Position numbers and translations under genes: made by a program
Notes under the pieces: model-generated
Database searches by the model: none
What the model saw: only the letters and a program-made list of their open reading frames with translations
What the model was told of the DNA's origin: nothing
Part shown: in pieces, positions 19,801-28,800 of the stretch
Layout of the letters: each line of letters starts with the position of its first letter
Position numbering within the stretch: the stretch's first letter is position 1
NCBI GenBank assembly: GCA_039802265.1
Contig: JBDRWI010000007.1
Location: 1-52,764, forward strand
Reading direction: 5' to 3'
Source of the DNA: a candidate division WOR-3 bacterium
GTDB taxonomy: Bacteria > Hydrothermota > Tepidihabitantia > SM23-42 > JAOAFX01
DNA: 52,764 nucleotides

Positions 19801-19958
19801 GAGGCTGTGTCGCAACATCTGTAGCGATCGCATTTACCAGCCTGACGCCTTGCTCTGGCAGGCAGGTGTGACAATAAAATAAAGAAATGATGAAATTTGA
19901 TAAGGTTTAATAATCAAACCAATACAGTTGACAAATTTTTTAATTGCGATACAGCCTC
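19801..19958. mobile_element. MITE-like element bounded by 15-bp terminal inverted repeats
   Basis: GAGGCTGTGTCGCAA (19801-19815) and TTGCGATACAGCCTC (19944-19958) are reverse complements at 14/15; 158 bp with no transposase. Confidence 0.55.
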
Positions 19959-20051
19959 GTAAATTTTCCCCAAAGATTTTAGGGCAAATTCGACATGAAG
20001 TGTGGCGAATCAGCCTATGTAAAATCATTGTAAAGTTAAAGGTTCACCCTA

Positions 20052-20118
20052 TTTCTGAAGGAGCAGCGACTTTAGTCGCGTAGTTTTTCACGGGACTGAA
20101 GTCTCTACTCCTCAGAAA
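20052..20118. repeat. REP doublet (REPIN-like) long hairpin
   Basis: TTTCTGAAGGAGCAGCGACTTTAGTCGCG...CGGGACTGAAGTCTCTACTCCTCAGAAA: two inverted units (17/21 identical), each with an internal hairpin and TTTA/TTCA loop. Confidence 0.65.
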
Positions 20119-20255
20119 GCAAGTAGGCATCAAAGAAGGAAAATTGAGTATAAATATTTTAAGAAAAACTAAATGATTACTGAAATTTTACTTTATGCAG
20201 CGCAAACTTTTAGAGCTACCCGAATCTTGTTTTTCGAGGTTAGCAATTATCTTAT

Positions 20256-20278
20256 GCAAGGCTAAAGCCTTGCCCTAC
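20256..20278 (-). repeat. GTAG-type REP-like palindrome
   Basis: Minus strand GTAGGGCAAGGC-TTTA-GCCTTGC: GTAG foot followed by a perfect 7-bp hairpin. Confidence 0.65.
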
Positions 20279-20340
20279 AATCTTTTCTTTATGTAAAACC
20301 ACCTTCACATCGTTTTACCCTGATACCCGGCATTTGCCTA

Positions 20341-20368
20341 TTGATTTTTTGAAAATATTGAGTATCAT
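20341..20368 (+). promoter_or_regulatory. sigma70-type promoter of the trxB-tldD-tldE-like operon
   Basis: TTGATT-N16-TATCAT, 63 nt upstream of ATG 20432. Confidence 0.55.
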
Positions 20369-20431
20369 TTACAGTGGATTTATGCCGAGGACTAATAAAG
20401 TTAGATTTTTGGGAAAAAGCGAATTGTTATT

Positions 20432-21352
20432 ATGAGTAACTCTAAATATGATATTATTATCATCGGTGCCGGACCTGCAGGTTTGAGCGCGGGTATATAT
20501 AGTGCCCGGGCTGGATTGAAGACTATGATTTTGGAAAAAGGGATTCCTGGTGGAACGGCGGCGATGACCGATCTGATTGAGAATTATCCCGGGTTTTCCG
20601 ATGGTATAAAAGGGATGGAACTCGGTTTAAAGATGAGACAGCAGGGCGAGCGATTTGGGGTCAAAATCATAAATGCCGAGGCAAGGTCAATTGTTAAAGC
20701 AGAAAAGGGATTTATTATCAAGACCAGTTCTCAAGATTATACTGGCGATTGTGTTATAGTCGCAACCGGCTCCTCACCAAAGGCACTCAATATCCCAGGG
20801 GAAAAAGAACTGCTCGGTCGGGGAGTGAGTTATTGCGCAACCTGCGATGGACCATTATTCAAAAACAGGGATATCGCCGTAATCGGCTGTGGCAATTCCG
20901 GACTTCAGGAAGGAAGATTTCTCCTTAATTTTGCCCGCAGTATTACATTTGTTGAATTCCTTCCCTATATAACCGCTGATAAGATCCTGCAGGAAGGTTT
21001 CAAGGATGAAAAGAGGGTTAGATTCTTCTTAGAAAGTGAGGTCCTGAGTATCCAGGGACAAGGATCGGTAGAGGCAATCCGGATAAGAAATAGAAAGACC
21101 AATAAAGAAGAGGTGATTCCGGTCACCGGGGTATTTATCTATATCGGTCTAATACCCAACTCCCAGGTTGTCCACGAACTTTTAGATTTAGATCGAGAGG
21201 GATTTATTATCACGAATGAAAGACTCGAGACATCTGTACCGGGTATCTTTGCTGCGGGCGATGTGCGGGCAAAGAGATACCGGCAGATTGTGATTGCCTG
21301 TAGTGAAGGGGCAATTGCAGCATTAAATGCCTATCACTATTTAAGAGGATGA
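20432..21352 (+). CDS. trxB: Thioredoxin-disulfide reductase family flavoprotein
   Basis: IIGAGPAG (FAD), IENYPG, VATGS, GRGVSYCATCDG (CxxC), TSVPGIFAAGD. Confidence 0.9.
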   Translation: MSNSKYDIIIIGAGPAGLSAGIYSARAGLKTMILEKGIPGGTAAMTDLIENYPGFSDGIKGMELGLKMRQQGERFGVKIINAEARSIVKAEKGFIIKTSSQDYTGDCVIVATGSSPKALNIPGEKELLGRGVSYCATCDGPLFKNRDIAVIGCGNSGLQEGRFLLNFARSITFVEFLPYITADKILQEGFKDEKRVRFFLESEVLSIQGQGSVEAIRIRNRKTNKEEVIPVTGVFIYIGLIPNSQVVHELLDLDREGFIITNERLETSVPGIFAAGDVRAKRYRQIVIACSEGAIAALNAYHYLRG

Positions 21353-23040
21353 TAAAAAGGGAATCTCTTCTTTTTCTATCTTTAATTCAGTTTTTGATAA
21401 ATGGTGCCTGGGCGAAAAAAGACCCTATCCTTGAGACCATGGCATCAGAAATGAAGCGCTCATATGAGGTATTGAGCAAAGAAGGGGAGAATCCCCTTTA
21501 TTTTCTGCAATATGAGATTACCGATGAGCATCAGTTGAATATCAGTGCCGCACTGGGTGCGATAAAAATGGATACCGAAGAGCGCCATCGTTATCTTGAT
21601 GTAGATTTGCGGATTGGCTCTTACAAACTTGATAATACCCATGAAATCAGGGGGAGTGAAGAATATCGGTGGTGGTCAGAGCCGATTGAAGTTCCGATAG
21701 ATGATAATCTCAGGGCATTGAGACTCGTCCTTTGGATAGAGACCGATAAGGCATTCAAATCTGCCCAGGAAAGGTTTATCAAGATTTTGAATGAAAAGAA
21801 GATAAAGGTCTTAGAATCAGATACATCTCCGGACTTCAGCACTGCATCGCCAGTTAAATTTATCGGCGCGATCAAAAAAATCTCCCTAAATAGAGAATTA
21901 TGGAAAGAGAAGTTGCGCCGCCTCTCTAAGATCTTCAATGACTATCCCTGGGTATACAATTCTCAGGTTTCCTTAAGGGCAAATTCCATTACCAGGTATC
22001 TGGTAAATTCGGATGGCACCGCAATCCAGCATAACCAGACAAGATACACCGTCAACATCTATGCCCAGACTATGGCTGATGATGGAATGGAATTATACCT
22101 CTCATATCCGGTTGTGGTCAAAAGTCCCGAGAATCTACCTGATGAGGAAGAATTGAAGATACACATTGATTCCCTCATAAAGAATCTTCTCGCCTTAAAG
22201 AATGCACCGCTGGTTGAACCCTATTCAGGTCCAGCAATCCTGATGAACCGTGCCTGCGGGGTATTCTTTCATGAAATCTTCGGACATCGTATTGAGGGAC
22301 ACCGGCAGAAGAGTGAATTTGAAGGGCAGACATTCACCAAGAAGTTGAACGAACAGATTATGCCCGATTTTATATCGGTGTATGATGACCCGACAATGGA
22401 AGAATTTAACGGCAAGGACCTTAATGGGCACTATCTCTTTGATGATGAAGGCGTAGAGGCACAGAAGGTAACGGTTGTAGAAAAGGGTATCTTGAAGGGA
22501 TTTCTGATGAGCCGCTCACCAATCGCCAATTTTCCAAAATCAAATGGTCATGGCCGGCGGCAGTATGGAAGGAGTGTAGTATCACGCCAGGGGGTATTGT
22601 ATATCAAATCAGATAAGGAAGTTCCCACTGCGCAGTTGCGCAATTTTTTGCTTGAGGAATGTAAGAGACAGAAAAAGCCCTATGGACTAATATTCTATGA
22701 TATTGCCGGCGGTTTTACCATGACCGGCAGATACAGTCCGCAGGCATTCAAGGTAATTCCCCTCTTGGTAAAAAGGGTATATGTTGATGGCCGGCCCGAT
22801 GAGGTGGTGCGGGGTGTTGATATTGTGGGAACACCACTTTTATCCCTCTCCAAGATTATCCTTACCGGTGATGACTATGATGTCTTCAATGGTACCTGTG
22901 GTGCGGAGTCAGGATGGGTCCCAGTCTCCGCAATTGCCCCTTCAATTCTGGTCAGTGAGATTGAGGTGGAAAAGAAGGCAAAGGGACAGGAACGCCCGCC
23001 GATCCTGCCTGCACCCACCGCACCGTCAAGAATAAGATGA
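21349..23040 (+). CDS. tldD: TldD-family metalloprotease (catalytic subunit) with predicted signal peptide
   Basis: FFHEIFGHRIEG (HExxGH), DDPT, FDDEGV, SNGHGR, GTCGAESG (metal-ligand Cys); N-terminus MIKRESLLFLSLIQFLINGAWA. Confidence 0.85.
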   Translation: MIKRESLLFLSLIQFLINGAWAKKDPILETMASEMKRSYEVLSKEGENPLYFLQYEITDEHQLNISAALGAIKMDTEERHRYLDVDLRIGSYKLDNTHEIRGSEEYRWWSEPIEVPIDDNLRALRLVLWIETDKAFKSAQERFIKILNEKKIKVLESDTSPDFSTASPVKFIGAIKKISLNRELWKEKLRRLSKIFNDYPWVYNSQVSLRANSITRYLVNSDGTAIQHNQTRYTVNIYAQTMADDGMELYLSYPVVVKSPENLPDEEELKIHIDSLIKNLLALKNAPLVEPYSGPAILMNRACGVFFHEIFGHRIEGHRQKSEFEGQTFTKKLNEQIMPDFISVYDDPTMEEFNGKDLNGHYLFDDEGVEAQKVTVVEKGILKGFLMSRSPIANFPKSNGHGRRQYGRSVVSRQGVLYIKSDKEVPTAQLRNFLLEECKRQKKPYGLIFYDIAGGFTMTGRYSPQAFKVIPLLVKRVYVDGRPDEVVRGVDIVGTPLLSLSKIILTGDDYDVFNGTCGAESGWVPVSAIAPSILVSEIEVEKKAKGQERPPILPAPTAPSRIR

Positions 23041-24803
23041 AAAGGATCTGTTCTAAAATAAATTTATTCCCGGTATTCCTGATATATTTGATTTCCACCG
23101 CGGGCTTTGCCCAGGAAGAATTAACAAAGGGTATTCTCTTCCAGGCAATGCAGGATGAATTGAATCGCAGTATGAAGGAACTATATCTTGAGCATCAGGA
23201 TAGACCCTACTATATTGCCTATCGGGTATTGGACTCAAGGATATTGGAGATAAAGGCATCCGGGGGTGGAGTATTGTACAGCAATAAATCACATTCCCGG
23301 CAACTCTATGTTGACCTGCGGGTTGGTAGTTACCGGATGGATAACGGCAATTTTATCTGTCAGACCTCGGGCTCAAGGGTGATTGGTTCTGATAGAACCG
23401 CCCTTCCCCTTGAAGACGAATATTTTGCCCTGCGCCAGGCGATCTGGCTCGTCACCGATGGTACTTACAAGAAGGCGCTTGAGCAACTGGCACGCAAAAA
23501 GGCCTATCTTCAAAACAAACAATCAATTGATACAACTCCTGATTTTATGCGGGTAAAACCCTGTTCATTGCTGGAACCGGTCAGTGATTTCAGACTCAAT
23601 CCGGATGATTTAAATTTAAAGGTTTGTAGACTCTCAAAGATATTTGAAAAGTTTCCGCAAATCTTAGAATCGTCGGTGACCCTTAAGGCAGTTCTTAACC
23701 ATCAGTATTTTCTGGATAGTGAAGGTGGCAGGAGTTTAAGGGGGAACAAGCTCTATCAAATTGATATTCGCGCAAAGGCACTGGCAGGGGATGGCGAGAT
23801 GATTGAAGATTTTTGGGGATTTTATACAAAAGAAGAAAAGGAACTTGATTTTGATGAAATTGAAAACTCAATAACTGCCTGGGCCGAAACACTTTACTTG
23901 AAGGCCCGGTTAGAAAAAGAAGAACCCTACTGTGGTCCAGTACTCTTTTTAGGACAGGCGGCCTGTGAATTATTCTTCCAGATTCTGGGCAAAGGGATAA
24001 GTGATGTGCGTAAGCCCATTTTTGAAAGTGAGATGCTGGAGGCAAACCTTCCAAAAGAAAATCTCGGAATACTTGCTGGTCGATTCCAGAGAAAGGTTGC
24101 AGCAGACTTTATCTCTGCCTGGGATGACCCCAATCTCAATAACTGGGAAGGAAAAAGATTGACTGGTGGATTTTCAATTGATGACCAGGGTGTTAGGGCT
24201 GAGATGGTAGAAATATTAAAAGATGGAAGGCTTACTGGATTCTTGATGAGTCGTTCACCAACCGATAAATTCCAGAAGGCAAATGGTCATGCCCGGTATT
24301 GCGAAGAAACCTATGGTTGGAGATATATCGGTTTTGTCAGCAACCTAGTTATTAACTCAAACAGCAAAATCTCCTCTTCGGAATTAATAAAGCGCCTCAA
24401 GGAACTTGCCCGGGACTACGGAAATTCCTACGCAATTGTGATTACACGACTGAAACCAACATTCCCCCAGTCCGAGGCCGAAAGGTATCAGAGTTTTTAT
24501 AGTTCAAGGGGTAAAACAGTGCCCCTGCTCTCTACACCATTTACCCTTTATAAGTTATACACCGAGACCAATGAACTGAGCTTAATACGGGGACTGGAGT
24601 TTTCTCAGGTGACACCAAAAATTCTGCGCGATATAATCGCAACCGGTGACAAGGAGTATGTATACAATTTTATCTATTATGACAATAATGGAAATGAATT
24701 TCCGGTTTCCGTAGTGGCACCGGCGATATTAATTGAAGAGATGGATTTGGTCCCTAAAGAAGAGAAGACCATCCGCCCCCCGATTGTTAAAAGACCTTAC
24801 TAA
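23037..24803 (+). CDS. PmbA/TldE-like non-catalytic partner with predicted signal peptide
   Basis: Paralogous to the upstream gene (AMQDELNRS, VDLRVGSY, YCGPVL, DDP, IDDQGV, LMSRSP, NGHAR) but HExxGH is replaced by FFQILGK; signal peptide ending AGFA-Q; ATGA overlap. Confidence 0.8.
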   Translation: MKRICSKINLFPVFLIYLISTAGFAQEELTKGILFQAMQDELNRSMKELYLEHQDRPYYIAYRVLDSRILEIKASGGGVLYSNKSHSRQLYVDLRVGSYRMDNGNFICQTSGSRVIGSDRTALPLEDEYFALRQAIWLVTDGTYKKALEQLARKKAYLQNKQSIDTTPDFMRVKPCSLLEPVSDFRLNPDDLNLKVCRLSKIFEKFPQILESSVTLKAVLNHQYFLDSEGGRSLRGNKLYQIDIRAKALAGDGEMIEDFWGFYTKEEKELDFDEIENSITAWAETLYLKARLEKEEPYCGPVLFLGQAACELFFQILGKGISDVRKPIFESEMLEANLPKENLGILAGRFQRKVAADFISAWDDPNLNNWEGKRLTGGFSIDDQGVRAEMVEILKDGRLTGFLMSRSPTDKFQKANGHARYCEETYGWRYIGFVSNLVINSNSKISSSELIKRLKELARDYGNSYAIVITRLKPTFPQSEAERYQSFYSSRGKTVPLLSTPFTLYKLYTETNELSLIRGLEFSQVTPKILRDIIATGDKEYVYNFIYYDNNGNEFPVSVVAPAILIEEMDLVPKEEKTIRPPIVKRPY

Positions 24804-25746
24804 CCTTTTCAGTGAATATTTTAATAGAATTCAATATTGCATCCATCTTTAACTGGGCAGTTCTTGAAGATTCATAGGCACCGCTGTCCGTGCAACGGTG
24901 GCAATGGCGACTCATTCGCCTTAAATTTTTGTATTCTTCTCTATTTAATACCACTTGCAGGTCTTCCTTATAAACATTGCCAATAATCTTCCCCGTAATA
25001 CAATTTTTCAGATATCCGCCGTTATCAATGGTAATTGAAAAATCCCGGGCACGACAGGAATATTTAAATCTACCTTGGGTGGCGGATAGGAGATAACTAT
25101 TTGAATTGCCAATTGGATAACCCCGCTTCTTCAATCTTAAAATACTAAGGAATGCCTCCTGGGCGGTCTTTTTGCTGATTAAATTATCACCAATTGGATA
25201 TTCAAAGAAGATTGGACAATTATACATTCGGGCAAGGTCAATAACCTTCAGGCAATCAGGGTAGGAGAAATCAGAAACCACGGTGTTTATCATCAATCTC
25301 TTACACCCTTGAATGCGGATTCCATCAATAATTCTTCTATAAAGTCCTTCAACCCCACGCAGTTCATCAAGGGTCTTTTCTACTGCATCTATTGAGACAA
25401 TCAAAAAATCGAGATAGTTAGTAATATCTAATCTTTCGCACAGGAAATAGCCATTGGTAATGAGTCCGATTTTAAAATTGAGTCTCTTAATCTCTTTAAC
25501 GATTTCAAAAATGTCTTCCCGGATAAGCGGTTCACCACCCCAGAGGGTTGTGGCATAAAAACCAAGTTCCTTTGCCCGACGATAGAAGCTTATTATATCC
25601 GATAGATTGCCATCCGGTGTAGTGTTTCGCCATTTACAGGTCAGACATCGGCAATTACACCTGCCGGTGATTAAATGGGAGATAAAAAATGGCGCCCTTT
25701 TTACCGCGCGAAAAAGGGCATGTAAGAATGTAAGGATATTTTCCAT
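24787..25746 (-). CDS. Radical SAM enzyme with C-terminal SPASM/Twitch-like domain
   Basis: CNCRCLTC (CxxxCxxC), GGEP, ITNG, VSID; C-terminal CRAR...GYLKNC...GNV...CHRC. Confidence 0.88.
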   Translation of the reverse strand: MENILTFLHALFRAVKRAPFFISHLITGRCNCRCLTCKWRNTTPDGNLSDIISFYRRAKELGFYATTLWGGEPLIREDIFEIVKEIKRLNFKIGLITNGYFLCERLDITNYLDFLIVSIDAVEKTLDELRGVEGLYRRIIDGIRIQGCKRLMINTVVSDFSYPDCLKVIDLARMYNCPIFFEYPIGDNLISKKTAQEAFLSILRLKKRGYPIGNSNSYLLSATQGRFKYSCRARDFSITIDNGGYLKNCITGKIIGNVYKEDLQVVLNREEYKNLRRMSRHCHRCTDSGAYESSRTAQLKMDAILNSIKIFTEKVSKVF

Positions 25747-25845
25747 AGCTCTTTAATATAATTAGGAATGCCTATTATTTCAAGTAATTGTTTAAGTTCC
25801 TTTCTAAACCGGTAACCAGGTGTGTTAACGCTTGCTTCGGTACCC

Positions 25846-25873
25846 TTGACCACTTAATAATTTCGGTTAAAAT
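25846..25873 (+). promoter_or_regulatory. sigma70-type promoter of the adenylate cyclase-STAND gene (very short leader)
   Basis: TTGACC-N16-TAAAAT; in-frame TTG 4 nt and ATG 10 nt after -10; no SD. Confidence 0.65.
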
Positions 25874-25883
25874 ATATTTGCCA

Positions 25884-28800
25884 ATGGAACAAAGGACTGA
25901 AGAGCGTCGCTTAATCACAATACTCTTTGCAGATTTATCCAACTTTACTGCCCTTTCTTCTCAACTTGACCCTGAAGATGTCCAGGAAATAGCCAATACA
26001 ACCTTTGAGATATTGAATAAACCAATAATTGCGCAAGGCGGAACAATCCATAAGTATGAGGGGGACCTGGTTATTGCCTTATTTGGTTTACCTACTGCCC
26101 ATGAAGATGACCCGGAAAGGGCAATAAAGGCAGGATTGAAAATGATGGAACTCATTCCTGAAGTAAATGATAAACTATCAAAAAAATTAAAGAAAAAGAC
26201 TGATTTAGGTTTGCATATCGGCATAAATTCCGGGATTGTAGTTGCGGGTGAAGTTGGTTCGGAAGATAAGAAAGAGTGGACAGTAATGGGCGATGTTGTA
26301 AATCTTACTTCACGGTTAAAAGATATCGCAAAAAGAAGTGAAATAATAGTCTCTGAGCCGGTCTTCAGGGCTTCAAGGTATCTTTTTGACTATGAAGTAT
26401 TACCACCGGTTTCAATCAAAGGCATAGAAAGACCGGTCAGAATCTTCAGACCACTTAAGATAAAGGAAAAGCCGGACCCAAAGCGGGGAATTCAAGGGTT
26501 ATATTCGCCAATTGTAGGCAGGGACAAAGAATTGCAGACACTAAAAGAAAAGATTGATGAATTACAGAGAGGTAAAGGCGGAGCAATCTTTATCCTTGGA
26601 GAACCCGGACTTGGAAAAACGAGGCTCTATGAGGAAATAAAAAAAGATTTTATCTCCTCACCCATTTATCTATTTGAAGGTCGATGCTCATTATCCGATG
26701 AAAATTTTTCTTATTCAACAATCTTGCAAATATTAAAAGAAATTTTTGGTATCTATGAAGACACGACAGCATCAATTGAACAAAAAATCATCAGTAGAAC
26801 TAAAGAGTTGTTTCCCGACGATTATAAGGACCTCGCACCCTATATTTGCCAGTTGTTTTCTGTTAATATAACAGAAGAATTCAAGAAAAAAATAGAATAT
26901 CTTGACCCTCAATCATTAAAACGCCAGATATTTTTAGCAGTCCGTAGGTTGTTATTTGAAATGGCAAAAAAACAGCCACTAATTCTCGTTGTAGAAGACT
27001 ATCACTGGATTGATTCTTCTTCATTAGAACTATTTGAATTCATTCTCACGAATCAGGAAAATGAACAGCAATTATTATTTATCGGCATCTCCAGAATTGA
27101 AAAAGAAAAAGAGTGCTGGCAGGTAAAAGAACGATTAAAAGATAAACTTGGTGAGAAATTCTTTGAAATTATATTGGAACCACTGGATTATGAATCAAGT
27201 GCAAGACTTACCCACAATCTTCTGAATATCCTTGGTATCCCTGAAGATTTTAAAGATAGAATCTTAAAAAAGGCTGAGGGAAATCCGTTCTATCTTGAAG
27301 AAATAATTAGAGCACTGATAGATACAGGACATTTAAAATTGGACGCTGGTGTATGGTGTCTTAGTTCCGATGTCAATGATATTGAAATCCCGGACACAGT
27401 TCAAACATTAATTATATCCAGAATAGACAGATTAGAACCAGAGTTGAAGCAGATACTACAAATCGCTTCGGTCATAGGCAGAATTTTTTATCGGCAAATA
27501 CTACAATATGTCTCTAAAGTTGATGATTTACTACTGACATTACAATTAGCAACACTTGAAGAATTTGAATACATCAAAGAATGTGAAACAGATAGTGACT
27601 ATACCCTCATATTTCGTCATCCACTACTCCAGGAAGTCATATATAATAACATATTAAAGAAAAAAAGAAAGGAATTGCACAACAGGGTGGCAGAATGCAT
27701 AGAACAATCTTTTTCTGAAAGAATTGACGATTTTTGCGACCTACTTTCCCAGCAATTTTATTTTGCGGAAAACTGGGAAAAGGCACTTACATATTCAATA
27801 AAGTCTGCGGAAAAAGCGAAAAGATTATATCTCAATAAGCAAGCAATTGAATTATACGAGCGAGCTGAAGAATGTGCGGAAATGATAAATAACACTGTAA
27901 AAAAAATTTATTGTATTAAAGAAAAAAGTGAGATACTAAATCTGATTGGTGAAACTAAAAGTGCACTTGATGAGGTTGGCAAAGGGATTGAACTTTCCAG
28001 AAATATAATGGATAAAAAATCGGAGGCTGACTGTCTGATAGCAATTTCTGATATCTATGCCAATCTCAGTAGGTACGAAGATATGCTTGATTCAGCGTCA
28101 AAAGCACTTTCAATTTATAAAACAATCAATGATAAAAGGGGCGAAGCAGAGAGTCTCAATAATATTGGATATGCGTATGAACACTTTGGCGAATACAATA
28201 AGGCACTTGAATATTATAATAAATCTTTAAAGATTCAGGAACAGATAGACGACAGAGATGGACAGGCAGTGAGTTTGAATAATATCGGTATTGTATATAT
28301 GAATTTTGGTGAATACAATAAAGCGCTTGAATTTCTTGTAAAATCTTTAAATATCCGTGATGAGCTGGAGGATCTGGCAGGGCAGGCAACAAGCCTTAAT
28401 AATATTGGCACGGTTTATGACGACCTGGGCGAACATATAAAGGCGCTTGAATATTATAAAAAATCTTTAAAGATACAGGAAGAAATAAACGATATGGACG
28501 GTAAAGGCACAAGTTTGAATAATATCGGCTATTTGTTCTCCATTTTTGGTGATTATAAAAAAGCACTTGAATATTACATGGAATCCCTGAAAATCCGTAT
28601 TGAAATAGGTGACAAAGACGGACAGGGAACAAGTTTATGGAATATAGGTGTGATTTATCGTAATATGGGTGATTACCAAAAAGCGCTGGAATACTTTATA
28701 GAATCGTTAAAAATTCGGGAAGAAGTAAATGATATTAATGGTCAGGTAGACAATCTATGTAATATAGGGAAAATATATATAAATGTCGCTTATTTACAAG

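Noticed and set aside
19504..20028. Short minus-strand ORFs (109 and 64 aa) as a transposase remnant
   Set aside because: No DDE or HUH motifs; they overlap a real CDS or the MITE-like repeat.
21349..25746. Complete RiPP biosynthetic cluster
   Set aside because: No precursor peptide, RRE, YcaO or exporter is visible, and the radical SAM gene is on the opposite strand.
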